Shown here piece after piece: positions 8,006 through 17,676 of a stretch of 64,000 nucleotides of DNA. This DNA is from Eubacteriales bacterium (GTDB taxonomy: Bacteria; Bacillota; Clostridia; Oscillospirales; CAG-272), in the NCBI GenBank assembly GCA_045128275.1, contig JBGVRH010000063.1:1739-65738 (forward strand), written 5' to 3'. Under the pieces are notes generated by a model. That model did not search any database, was not told where the DNA came from, and was given only the letters and a program-made list of their open reading frames with translations. Each line of letters opens with the position of its first letter. Positions within the stretch are counted from its first letter, which is position 1. A program made the position numbers and the translations under genes.

Positions 8006-8770
8006 TCAATCCGACAACGCCTGGTAAGGAATGACCTTGTCAACCTCGTCCATGGAGGAGAAGAACGCCACGAAACCAAAATCAACGGTGTCGCCGTCCT
8101 CAGCCGAATTTGCCAGACCGAAGCGCAGATATCCCAGGTAGCCGGCTTCGGCATCGTAGCAGAAGGCAAGATCGGAGATATCGATCGTCACATACGCCCA
8201 GTCACCGTCGGTGGCACGGAACGAATAGTCCACGTTGTCACCGTTTCCATGGGCCGCATGACCCTCGGTACCCATGTACAGATTCAGACCTTGGTTGTAC
8301 TTGGAACGGTACTTAATAACCAGAATATTATCCACGGGCGTGTCTTCTCGGATCAGGTAGAAGTAGGGATCCCATACGTTATCGGAACCGTAGCGGAACA
8401 GAGCGGTCAGGCTGCCGTCCTCGTTCAACGTCAGACCGCCGAAATCGCTCCAGTCCTGCTGTTCGTTGTTGGCGGCCTTCAGAATATCCTCTGTTGCCAG
8501 GATCGTGGTGGCGTATTGTCCCACCTCTTCCAGGGTCGGGTGGTAGATCTCCTCTTTTGCCTCGGTCGTTTCCTCTTCGGTGGTGGCCTCCTCGGTGGGT
8601 GCCTCAGTGGTAGCCTCTTCGGTGGGTGCCTCGGTTTCGGGGGCTTCAGTGGTGGCCTCCTCGGTGGGTGCCTCGGTAACAGTGGAGTCGGTGGTCTCGG
8701 GAGCTTGGTCGCATGCTGCCATGCACAGCAGAACGGACAGGGCAAGGGCCGCAATGATCCAATGTTTCAT
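8006..8770 (-). CDS. lipoprotein with TEAPTEEAT-type linker repeats, function unknown
   Basis: Start trimmed to MKHWIIAALALSVLLCMAAC (lipobox) with an AGGTGAAAAG RBS. Acidic Thr/Glu/Ala/Pro repeats, then a globular C-terminal domain. Confidence 0.7.
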   Translation of the reverse strand: MKHWIIAALALSVLLCMAACDQAPETTDSTVTEAPTEEATTEAPETEAPTEEATTEAPTEEATTEEETTEAKEEIYHPTLEEVGQYATTILATEDILKAANNEQQDWSDFGGLTLNEDGSLTALFRYGSDNVWDPYFYLIREDTPVDNILVIKYRSKYNQGLNLYMGTEGHAAHGNGDNVDYSFRATDGDWAYVTIDISDLAFCYDAEAGYLGYLRFGLANSAEDGDTVDFGFVAFFSSMDEVDKVIPYQALSD

Positions 8771-9238
8771 ACTTTTCACCTCGCAATTGCTTATAGTGGT
8801 TTCATCATACCATACTTGGAACACAAACACAACCGTTTTGCGATCTTCACACTTTACCGAACTCATCCGCAAGCACGGTCTCACCGTCTTCCTCTGTATG
8901 ATATCCGATATTATAGCATAAAACATACATTTTTTTCAAGTGGTTTTTGTAAAGAATACTGACTATATATTCCGTATGTGCGAATCATTTCGCCGCCCAC
9001 CTTTCGTGCGCAGTCAACGGTCTTTTTCTCTTTTCCCGGCCCTTCGTTCCAAGCTGCTATGGCCCCCAACGCTTGTAATGCGGGCAGTATATCCGTCTGT
9101 GACGGCTCGATCCGTCATACGTATTGACTTTTCGTGGGAAAAATGCTATACTGTATTTGGAAAATCCAATATCGTTTCTGTTGATACGATATTGGAACAG
9201 CCTTGTCAATCAAACGCGCAAGGAAAGGAGCAATCCCC

Positions 9239-9988
9239 ATGAGCAAGCTTTTTCCCCCTATGACCAGTAAGCCCGAGAAGATCCAGATTTTTGCCATGAT
9301 CCCCTGCTGGCTTTGGGTTTTTGTGCTGTTACCTATGTTCATGCCCTTTTTGGGTGAGGGACTCTGGGAGCAATGGGAGTCCAGCGTCTGGCTACAGATC
9401 GGCTACCACGTGCTCAACGGGATCATTCTGCTGGCACTCATATCCGGCTACCTGAAGGAAGAATGGTTCATGGTGACCACCGACGTGGGTCACTACCTGA
9501 AGCACATCGCGCTGACCGTGGGTCTGATCGTGGGAACCGTGCTTCTGTGGACAGGTATTCTGTCCCTTTGCGGCTTTCCCTCCGACTATATATGGGAATG
9601 CCTTCCGATGGCGGAAATGTCCGTCAGCCATACCCCTCTGTTTGTGTTGCAGCTCCAGCCCATCCTCGGTGCTATTGTCCTGTCGGTGTTCCCGCCCATC
9701 AGCATCTGCGCCTTGTTCTACTGCTTCGGGTTCGCGCCCGTGTGTTACCGAAAGCCCTGGCTGGCCTATCTGTGCGTGGCCGTCATGCCCCTGATCCCTT
9801 CCATCGTGGATATTCTCTGGAGGGGTGACGCCGCCTTCGTGCTGACGGGATACCTCGTCCATCTCCCCATCCACCTGCTGGCGTGCTGGTCCTACCAAAA
9901 GACGGATAACGTGTGGACGCCCCTGATCACCCTGTCGGTCACGAATCTGCTGACATCCATCGTCCTCCCCCTCCTCCTGTTTCGGTAA
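9239..9988 (+). CDS. polytopic membrane protein, function unknown
   Basis: AAGGAAAGGAG RBS before ATG 9239. About 7 hydrophobic helices. No confident family call. Confidence 0.6.
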   Translation: MSKLFPPMTSKPEKIQIFAMIPCWLWVFVLLPMFMPFLGEGLWEQWESSVWLQIGYHVLNGIILLALISGYLKEEWFMVTTDVGHYLKHIALTVGLIVGTVLLWTGILSLCGFPSDYIWECLPMAEMSVSHTPLFVLQLQPILGAIVLSVFPPISICALFYCFGFAPVCYRKPWLAYLCVAVMPLIPSIVDILWRGDAAFVLTGYLVHLPIHLLACWSYQKTDNVWTPLITLSVTNLLTSIVLPLLLFR

Positions 9989-10253
9989 GCATACATAACG
10001 GGGGGCGAGTAGGTATAAAATCTTACTTTGTTTCGAGGATCCCCGATGCAGGCGAGTACGAGGTTCATCCGAGACTTGCTCGCGGTACAGCCGCTCGGGA
10101 AATAGAGAGCCCTTGCTCCGCTCGGGGCAAGCCGCCCGGGCTTCTCTCCAATCGGCCTTTCTCGTTGCTTGCGGAGATTTCAAGCGACTCATATTTTTCG
10201 CAATAAAAAAGACACCGACGAGAGTCTGCAAACTTATCGGTAAAATCGAATAG

Positions 10254-10298
10254 CCTTCCCCAGTGGGGGAAGGGGGACCGCGTTAGCGGTGGATGAGG
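10254..10298. repeat. REP-like element (hairpin plus GGACCGCGWTAGCGGTGGA), copy 1
   Basis: CCTTCCCC-AGTG-GGGGAAGG hairpin then GGGACCGCGTTAGCGGTGGATGAGG. Near-identical motif at 11553-11595. Confidence 0.65.
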
Positions 10299-10387
10299 TG
10301 TTTAAAACAAACGAAAAAGACTCCTCATCCGTCAGCCTTCGGCTGCCACCTTCTCCCACAGGAGAAGGCTTTTTTTATACGCAGAAA

Positions 10388-10416
10388 GCAAAGAAATGCC
10401 CCGCACGAGGCGGGGC
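10388..10416 (-). terminator. rho-independent terminator of the XRE-TPR gene
   Basis: GCCCCGCCTCGTGCGGGGC hairpin followed by ATTTCTTT on the minus strand, just after the stop codon. Confidence 0.6.
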
Positions 10417-10421
10417 AAGGA

Positions 10422-11288
10422 TCATTTGCTCAATTGTTCAATTGTTTTTCGGCATCTCTCGATTGTTTTTGTAAGATTTTTCTGCAAGGATTTGTTTTCG
10501 GGGATGGGATTATTTTCAAGGAAATTTTCCGAAAGTGTAATGGCTAACGAATAGACTTTCGAGGCTTGTTTCTTTTCTCCAGTCAAATTATGCATATTTC
10601 CGCAAAGTACAATCGAATGGATCAGTTGCCGTTGAAATTGCGAAACATTATCAGTATAACACTTTAAAGCCTTTTCATACTCTTTACGATTCTCATATAT
10701 GCGACCAAACGCAGCTTCTTTATTAAATCCAATTACCGAAGGCAACGATTCAGATAATGCTGCTGCTTTTTCAACTTCGCCCATTTCGCAATATAACTTG
10801 ATTAGCCATTCTGTTGCTTCGATCAAAACGCTTAAATCCTTACAATAAGACAATATCAGCCTGCCTGCACGCTCACATTCTTCAAATATAGCATTTCGTT
10901 CAGCATCGTTTACGGTGTCTCCGTCTGCCAGCAAACATTCGCCGCACGAAAGCAATTCCGAAAGTAATCTTATATCTCCCGGATAGGTTCTAAGGGCTTC
11001 TTTCAATAACGCATATTCATCCTTATATGACTCCTGAGTTGTTGCCTTATCAATCAATGTTTGGACTTCATCAACATCCATCTTTTCTTCTACTCCAAAC
11101 AAAACATCTGTACTGACCCCAAAGAAATGTGCAATGGGCACAACTTGTGAAATGTCGGGCATTCCGATATTATTCTCCCATTTAGAAATTGCTTGAGCAG
11201 TAATATTTAAGTTTTCTGCAAGTTGTTCTTGTGTGAGATTGCGAGAACAACGAAGTTCACGAATTATGTTACCTATTGTTTTTGCCAT
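10422..11288 (-). CDS. XRE-family HTH plus TPR-like regulator (RRNPP/Rgg/PlcR-like architecture)
   Basis: MAKTIGNIIRELRCSRNLTQEQLAENLNITAQAISKWENN is a classic XRE HTH. The ~220-aa helical C-terminal part has TPR-like periodicity. GGAGG RBS. The gene is strongly AT-rich compared with its flanks. Confidence 0.8.
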   Translation of the reverse strand: MAKTIGNIIRELRCSRNLTQEQLAENLNITAQAISKWENNIGMPDISQVVPIAHFFGVSTDVLFGVEEKMDVDEVQTLIDKATTQESYKDEYALLKEALRTYPGDIRLLSELLSCGECLLADGDTVNDAERNAIFEECERAGRLILSYCKDLSVLIEATEWLIKLYCEMGEVEKAAALSESLPSVIGFNKEAAFGRIYENRKEYEKALKCYTDNVSQFQRQLIHSIVLCGNMHNLTGEKKQASKVYSLAITLSENFLENNPIPENKSLQKNLTKTIERCRKTIEQLSK

Positions 11289-11552
11289 AAAAGATCCTCC
11301 TAAAATCAAGTGACGAAATTAAGCGCTTTCTTTCGTTGTCCTTATTATATCACTAATTTTTATTATTGAAAAGCGACCCAAAAGAAATAGCGCTCAACTG
11401 TGCGTTGACAAAAGACATAATAGCAACTTCGATGTAACTATCTTTCTACTATTCTCGACGCTTGCGTCTGGGGCAAGCATAGCGCGTGGCAGTCTACGCA
11501 CCATCGGGCAGAAGCCCGAACCCACTATCCGCAGAGGAACGGCACGCAAAAG

Positions 11553-11595
11553 CCTCCCTCCGAGAGGGAGGGGGACCGCGATAGCGGTGGAAGGA
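11553..11595. repeat. REP-like element, copy 2
   Basis: CCTCCCTC-CGAG-AGGGAGGG hairpin then GGACCGCGATAGCGGTGGAAGGAG. Same orientation as copy 1. Confidence 0.65.
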
Positions 11596-11907
11596 GCCCG
11601 CGTGACTTTGCAATTTGCGCGGATTTTATTGTCACGCGCTCTCCCTCAGTCTTTTGCTACGCAAAAACCAGCTCCCTCCCGGAGGGAGCCTTTCATAAGT
11701 TCACTCCGACAGAAAAACACCACCAAAGAGATTTTCTTGGTGGTGTTCGTGTTTTCTCCGCTAAAGATGCATAGCAGAGCGGTGTCTTTTTTGTTGGCAG
11801 GGATGGTTAAGGGTAAATCAGCTATATCCAAAGTAAGATCAATCATTCACCGAGAATCCGCGTCTGCCATGGTGTCTGCTCAGAAGTACCGAATCCGATG
11901 AAATCCT

Positions 11908-14900
11908 TCACGGCTCCTCCACCGTGAAGTCCACCTGCAGCACCACGCTGCCGTCGGCACCGCGGATGACGGCCTTGTACTCTCCTGCGGGGAGAACATC
12001 GTACATATGGCCCACCTGCCAGTTGCCGCGGTTGTCGCCGGGGATGTCGGTCAGCTTGAAGGTGGAGCCTGCCACCACCGTGGCGGTGGCCCCGGGATAG
12101 CCCTCAAAGCGGGCCCAGTAGATGCTGGCATCCTGGCCGGGAACGAAATTACGGGGATAGATGCAGATCTGGTCGGTGGCGATGGTGCCCCCCGCCGTGA
12201 TCCAGATATCCTCGCCTACCTTGTAGGTCTCCTTGTCCAGCTCGATGCGGCGGGTCTCGTCGGGTTCTGCGGGGTTCTCGGAGTCCTGCGACTTGGCGGT
12301 AACCGTGAAATTGACCTGTGCCACCACGGCTCCCGTATCGTCGCGGAGCACCACCTTGTACTCGCCCACGGGGAGCATTTCGTACATATGGCCCACCTGC
12401 CAGTTGCCGCGGTTATCACCGGGGAGGTCGGTCATCTTGACGGTCACCCCGCTGGGAATGACCACCGAGCCGTCCGGGTTGCCCTCAAAGCGTGTCCAGT
12501 AGATGCTAGCATCCTGGCCCGGGACGAAATCCACGGGGTAGACCGCCAGGGTGTCGGTCTTGGGATTGGCCACGGGAGTGATGAGAATGTCCTCGCCCTG
12601 CGCGAAGGCGGTCTTGTTCAGCGTCAGCTTGCGCTCGATCACCGTGACGTTATCCTCGTATTTGGCCTCGATGAGATCCCCCACCCAGATGGGATTGGTG
12701 AAGGCGAAGCCGCCCATGGCGTCGAAGTCACCGTACAGGGAGGACTCGGAAAAGACCTCCACGCGGAAGAACTGACCGTCCTGCACTTCGATCTCGCGGG
12801 TCAGCTCAAACAGGTGGGTCTCCCCGTCCTTCTCGCTGTCAAAGAGGGTCTCCACTATGCGGGCTTGGTAGGCCTCCTCCACGTTCCCCGTCATGGTGTA
12901 GGTGTAGAGGAGGATCTTGGTCAGGGGAGCGCCCTGATCGGCCACGCGGAGGGTAAGGGTGGCCTTGCCGCTCTCGGGGAGGGAGAGGGCATCGCCCATG
13001 CTCACGCCGTCGATGTCAAAGCGAATCTCGGCGCCGTTGGTGCCGTAGAAGTGGCCGTTTTTGAGGGCATCCAGCACGGCGGCGGGGGTGACCTCCTCCA
13101 GCAGGAGGGCGTTACCCGTGCGGCTGACGATCTCTTTGCCGTGGCCGTCGGTGTTGCTGATGCCGTAGTAGCGCTGCTCACCCTTAAGGTTGTAGCGATC
13201 CCACCACTCAAAGGCCTTTTCGGTGGCTCCCTTGGTGATGCCGTTGGCGTAGGAATCGGCGTTGTAGACCTCAATGCCCGTAAAGCCCTTATAGACGAAC
13301 ACCTGCGTCTGGTCAGCCCCCACACCCGGCCACTTCCACGAGCCTGTGTTGGAGAAGTAGAAGGGATGGGCGGGGAAACAGAGGCCTCCCTCGGAAATGA
13401 TCTCGTTCATGAGCCTCTGCCACTCGGCGGCATCGGGGCGGTAGGCGGCCATGATCTCCCACATATGTCCCGTATGGCCCCCCGAATGGCGGTGGGGCAC
13501 GCCGTACTCCAGCATATGGCCGTACTCGGTGGTGATCTCGTTGGCGGTGATGGCCAGGAAATTCTGATAGTGGGCTACGGCCTGAGAGATGGGGGAGGTC
13601 TGCGTCACATCATAGTTGTGGTCGGTAGCGATCATGAAGGCGTGGCCCTTACCGACGGCGGTGCCGAAGTTATCGGTCAGGGAGTCTCGGCCGTCGCTGA
13701 GTGTGCTGTGGGTATGGGCATCCCCCACGTAGTAGCCCAAGCCCGCCGCCACCAGCGGCAGGGACTCGGCCATGACCGTCAGGTCGCTTTGGGACAGAAG
13801 CTTCAGGTCAAAGAGCATACTGCCGCCATCGTTGATCTTCAGCTTGAAGGTGACGGGAGCGGTCTCGCCAGCCTTGACGGTGACGCTTTGCGCCGCCTCG
13901 GCGCAGGAGACCGCCAGCAAGGGATGGCTCAGGGAGAGCTTGAAGACCCGATCAGTATCCGAGTCGTTGTGGAGGGTAGCGGAAAGCTCCACATCCTTCC
14001 CTGCCTTGGCCTCGCCACTCATCTTCAAGTCGCTGAAGTAGTATTCGGCGGCGGGGTGATAGGGACGAAGGGGAGGCACGGGATCACTCAGCCACGCCAC
14101 GGTCTTCTCGTAGAGGGCGGTAACGTCGGCGGGATCCATCGCCTTGTCGTGGATGGCCGCACCCGTGAAAACGGTGGGAGGGGCGGGGTAGTCGGTAATG
14201 ACACGGTTATAGCCCACGTCGGCACCGATGACGTAGATGAAGGGGGACTCGCCAAAGGCGAAATCGCCTGCCTTGATCGTGCCCTGCTCTACACCGTTGA
14301 TATAGAAGCGGAGCATCTTGCGCTCGGCGCTGTATACGCCCACCAAATGGTACAGCTCGCCCACCGTAGCCTCCTCCTTGGCGAGGACGGAGGTATAGTT
14401 GCGGGTACTGCTGTCGAACTGCTGGAAGAGGAATTTCCCGTCCTCCAGAGCCAGACCGAACATACCGTTCTGGGTGGCCGAGAAGAGGGCCTGGAAGCCG
14501 TCGCCCAACGTTTCAGTGAGCTGGACTGTCAGCTCGATGGTGTAGCCGTCGGTGATGGAGGCTCGCAGGGTCTCATCCTCGGCGTAGGCCGAGAGGTCAA
14601 GGGCAGCGGACTGTCCCTCGGCGGCGGTCTTGCGGTAGGCGGGGATCGTGTAGGTCTTGCCCTTATGAGTGACCTCACAGGAGCCGATCTCGCCACCCGC
14701 CAGCATGGTGGCGGCGTAGCCTACGGCATCCCCCAGGGTCTTGCCGTCAAAGATGCCCATCTGCGCCAGCACGCCGTCCTTGGGGGTATACTCCACGTTC
14801 ACCGAGGGGTCGGGGATGTGGATGCCGTCGGGCTCGGGGGCTGTGTCGGAGGGGGTGGATCCATCGGGGCTTGACTCCGCAGGATCCGTTTCGTCGGGAT

Positions 14901-15081
14901 CGGTGTCTGCGGGGAGCGTATCGGGGGCGGTGATGCCCTCGGACTCGGTGGGGATCTCGGCTGCTGTGGTGTCGGGGGCGGTATCCGTGGGTGTCGGGGT
15001 GTCCTTACAGGCTGTGAAGAGAAGGAGCACCGTCAGGCCGAGCAGGAGGACGAAAATGAGATGCTTTCCAAGCCGTTTCAT
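11908..15081 (-). CDS. large secreted lipoprotein: LamG-like domain, PHP (CehA/McbA-type) metallohydrolase, duplicated C-terminal Ig-like modules
   Basis: Lipobox LLFTAC. GDAHTHSTLSDGRDS...ATDHNY PHP motifs. Two near-duplicate C-terminal modules (IYW.RFEG...PGDNRGNWQVGHMY..LP.GEYK). GAAAGGAG RBS. Confidence 0.85.
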   Translation of the reverse strand: MKRLGKHLIFVLLLGLTVLLLFTACKDTPTPTDTAPDTTAAEIPTESEGITAPDTLPADTDPDETDPAESSPDGSTPSDTAPEPDGIHIPDPSVNVEYTPKDGVLAQMGIFDGKTLGDAVGYAATMLAGGEIGSCEVTHKGKTYTIPAYRKTAAEGQSAALDLSAYAEDETLRASITDGYTIELTVQLTETLGDGFQALFSATQNGMFGLALEDGKFLFQQFDSSTRNYTSVLAKEEATVGELYHLVGVYSAERKMLRFYINGVEQGTIKAGDFAFGESPFIYVIGADVGYNRVITDYPAPPTVFTGAAIHDKAMDPADVTALYEKTVAWLSDPVPPLRPYHPAAEYYFSDLKMSGEAKAGKDVELSATLHNDSDTDRVFKLSLSHPLLAVSCAEAAQSVTVKAGETAPVTFKLKINDGGSMLFDLKLLSQSDLTVMAESLPLVAAGLGYYVGDAHTHSTLSDGRDSLTDNFGTAVGKGHAFMIATDHNYDVTQTSPISQAVAHYQNFLAITANEITTEYGHMLEYGVPHRHSGGHTGHMWEIMAAYRPDAAEWQRLMNEIISEGGLCFPAHPFYFSNTGSWKWPGVGADQTQVFVYKGFTGIEVYNADSYANGITKGATEKAFEWWDRYNLKGEQRYYGISNTDGHGKEIVSRTGNALLLEEVTPAAVLDALKNGHFYGTNGAEIRFDIDGVSMGDALSLPESGKATLTLRVADQGAPLTKILLYTYTMTGNVEEAYQARIVETLFDSEKDGETHLFELTREIEVQDGQFFRVEVFSESSLYGDFDAMGGFAFTNPIWVGDLIEAKYEDNVTVIERKLTLNKTAFAQGEDILITPVANPKTDTLAVYPVDFVPGQDASIYWTRFEGNPDGSVVIPSGVTVKMTDLPGDNRGNWQVGHMYEMLPVGEYKVVLRDDTGAVVAQVNFTVTAKSQDSENPAEPDETRRIELDKETYKVGEDIWITAGGTIATDQICIYPRNFVPGQDASIYWARFEGYPGATATVVAGSTFKLTDIPGDNRGNWQVGHMYDVLPAGEYKAVIRGADGSVVLQVDFTVEEP

Positions 15082-15119
15082 TGTGAGATTCTCCTTTCAC
15101 GGAATCGAAATTTTCGGGG

Positions 15120-17573
15120 TTAAGATTCGGGGAATTGGATAGATGGATCGTGAGCCTGCCCGAAGACCTCCATCTCGCTCATCTCGATGCAGTAGCCGCC
15201 GCCCGCGGTACTGGACTGGGTAAGACGGGTGGCGTAGAGGCGGACGTAGCGGGCGGGGACGAGATCAAACGCGAGGATACGGTCATCCTGGGTCTGGGGA
15301 TTGTTGTCCCCCTTGACCGACTTGACCGTGACAAAGGTCTCGCCGTCCAACGAGACCTGGATCTCGTAGTCCTCGGGGAAGACGTTGACCCCGTTCCAGA
15401 TGCCGCGAGGCACCAGCTTGACGCAGTTGAGATCGTAGACCGCCAAGAGGTCAACGGTGATCCACTCCTTGGAGGAGGCCCGCTCGTTGCGGAACAGCTC
15501 GGAGGCCCAGGCGCGGGTGTAGTCGCCGTCGGTGATGTAGGTATGGTGGCAGGTCCACTCGGGAACGTCGGTGGTGGAGGAGAAGTCCACCACGGGCTTG
15601 TTCAGGGCAAGATTCTGTCCCTCGGTGAGATCCTCGGCGGTGTAGGCCGTGGGGATCCTGTCGGGGATACTGCCGTCGTCCTTGTAGACCATCAGCTCAC
15701 CGATGTCGGCATAGCCGCCGGCTCCCTTGAGGCCGCGGACACAGACTCGGACAAAGCGAGCCTCGGTGTCGGCAAAGCGGAAGACCGATACGAAATCCCG
15801 AGGGAGAGCCTCTGTGTTCTTGACTACCTCTGTCCAGCTCGTGCCGTCGGCAGAGACCAGCAGGGAGAAGTCGGTGGGGCTGAAGACACCGCAGAGAGGC
15901 CCCACCCCGGCGGGGTAAAGGTCGATACGGTTGACCGTCTTGACCTCGCCCAGATCCACGGTCAGGAGCTGATCCTCCCCCCGCTTGGCGGTGAGGCGGG
16001 CGGCACTTGCGCTATCCACGATGCCGTCGGTGAGGTTGTAGAGGTAGTAGTTCTCGGAGCCCATGGAGGAAGTACCCTTGACGGGGGCGTGGAGGGCCAG
16101 GTTTTGGTTCTGCTCGGTCTCGGTCTTCACGAAATCTCCCGCGGGGAGCTTGATGAGGGCGCAGTCTCCTGCCGCGAGAGTCAGGGTAATACCGCCGTCC
16201 CGCAGGGCAGTCTCGGTCAGCGCGCCGGTTTCGTCGCTAACGAGGAAAATCGAGGTCAGACCCGCAAGGGTGAGGGTGACAGTCTGCTCCTTGGTGATGT
16301 CCTTGTTCACGACGAAGACGTATTCGCCGTCGCCCCGCCGCTCCTCCATAAAGGAGAGAATGACGTCGGCCTGTCCCGCCTGCACGAAGCAATCCCCGGG
16401 CAAAAGCTCGTAGGCACCGCCCGTTTTGTTGCGGCTGTGGTAGACCTGCATGGCATCGCAGGCGGCCAGGTGGGTACCGATGGCGTGGATCTTTTTGTTG
16501 ATCTTCACCACCTCGTGATACAGCTCGGTGGGCTTGTTGTCGCGGTCGAGGATGGCCACGGTGTAGTTGCCCTCGTCGGTGGTGGGCGTGCCCCAGGTGA
16601 AGAACTTGATCTCCTTGACACCGTAGGCCAGGGCGGCCATCATGTTGTAGCGGAGATCCGCTCCCGAGGGGGTGCGGTAGCCCCCCACCATACCCACCGA
16701 CTGGACGTAAACGGCGGTATCACAGCCCGTGATCAGACCCGCGCGGCGGATGTCCTCGTAGTTGGAGAACAGACCGTGCTCGTTGACGCCTCCGCCCTCG
16801 GGGAAGCAGTAGCAATCCATGGAGAGAGTCCCCCCGTTTTTCAGCAGCCCGCCGTAGTCACAGAGCTGGCGGAGGTACACGTCACGGGAGGGGTAGGCCG
16901 CCCCGGGAAGGAAGTTGACGTTGACGTAGGCATCGGGGCAGACCTCGCGGAAGATGTTCTCGGCGTGGGCGTAGGGAGAGGGGTTGTAGGGCTCATCCAC
17001 GATGAAGAAACCGCCGAAGCCGGGGAGATCCTTATACTTTTCCGCGATCTTCCGCAGCTGCTCGTCGGACTGATTCAGAGCGTTCATAACGTCCACGTCA
17101 CGGGTCAGGAGCTTGAGACCGTAGCGGTCGCAATCCTCCATGGCGGCCTTGTACCACTTGAAGGTATGGGACTCGGCCACCCACGGGCGGGAGGGGTACA
17201 CGTGGGACAGGATGTCAATGTCAGCGTCCTTGCAGAGCTGCAGCATCTCGTCCCGCAGGCTCTCGGTCATGAGAGGGACGAGGTAGGCGTTGAGGGTAAT
17301 GTTATCACGCATGGTAGGCTCTCCTGCGGAAGGATTTTCGGGGGCGGTCTCAACGGGGTCCGTAGCGGGGGGATCCGTGTCCGCTGGATCGGTGGGGTTC
17401 ACGGCATCCGTCTCGCCAGGTGTATCGGTGGGTATCTCCCCCGCGGTAGTATCCTCCGAAGGAGGGGGCGTGGGTTGGCAGGCAAGCAGGCCTACAGGCA
17501 AAAGACTCAGACATAATAGCAGGATGCTCAAGCGGACAGAAAGCCTGCTGCGTATGATATGACGACTGTACAT
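15120..17573 (-). CDS. lipoprotein with a glycoside-hydrolase-like TIM barrel and two discoidin (F5/8 type C) domains
   Basis: Start trimmed to MYSRHIIRSRLSV...LLAC (lipobox) with a GGAGG RBS. Two NLAL..PV...YxxxxLTDG...W.....W..VDL modules typical of discoidin carbohydrate-binding domains. Confidence 0.8.
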   Translation of the reverse strand: MYSRHIIRSRLSVRLSILLLCLSLLPVGLLACQPTPPPSEDTTAGEIPTDTPGETDAVNPTDPADTDPPATDPVETAPENPSAGEPTMRDNITLNAYLVPLMTESLRDEMLQLCKDADIDILSHVYPSRPWVAESHTFKWYKAAMEDCDRYGLKLLTRDVDVMNALNQSDEQLRKIAEKYKDLPGFGGFFIVDEPYNPSPYAHAENIFREVCPDAYVNVNFLPGAAYPSRDVYLRQLCDYGGLLKNGGTLSMDCYCFPEGGGVNEHGLFSNYEDIRRAGLITGCDTAVYVQSVGMVGGYRTPSGADLRYNMMAALAYGVKEIKFFTWGTPTTDEGNYTVAILDRDNKPTELYHEVVKINKKIHAIGTHLAACDAMQVYHSRNKTGGAYELLPGDCFVQAGQADVILSFMEERRGDGEYVFVVNKDITKEQTVTLTLAGLTSIFLVSDETGALTETALRDGGITLTLAAGDCALIKLPAGDFVKTETEQNQNLALHAPVKGTSSMGSENYYLYNLTDGIVDSASAARLTAKRGEDQLLTVDLGEVKTVNRIDLYPAGVGPLCGVFSPTDFSLLVSADGTSWTEVVKNTEALPRDFVSVFRFADTEARFVRVCVRGLKGAGGYADIGELMVYKDDGSIPDRIPTAYTAEDLTEGQNLALNKPVVDFSSTTDVPEWTCHHTYITDGDYTRAWASELFRNERASSKEWITVDLLAVYDLNCVKLVPRGIWNGVNVFPEDYEIQVSLDGETFVTVKSVKGDNNPQTQDDRILAFDLVPARYVRLYATRLTQSSTAGGGYCIEMSEMEVFGQAHDPSIQFPES

Positions 17574-17676
17574 GGCAACCTCCAATAAAAAATATGGGTA
17601 AACTGATGGAAAATCCACCATCTACCCATATTTTATCATAGGTTATGCACAGAATCTATAACGAAATAGGCCTTCA

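Noticed and set aside
8479-8754. Tandem DNA repeats in 8570-8700 and the Pro/Arg-rich alternative-frame ORFs.
   Set aside because: They are the coding repeats of the TEAPTEEAT linker of the lipoprotein gene 8006-8770. The other frames are artefacts.
10289-10547. Short ORFs translating the REP-like elements (…LPPSPTGEGFF…, …GGDRDSGGRSP…).
   Set aside because: These are translations of hairpin-forming repeat DNA present in several frames and orientations, not genes.
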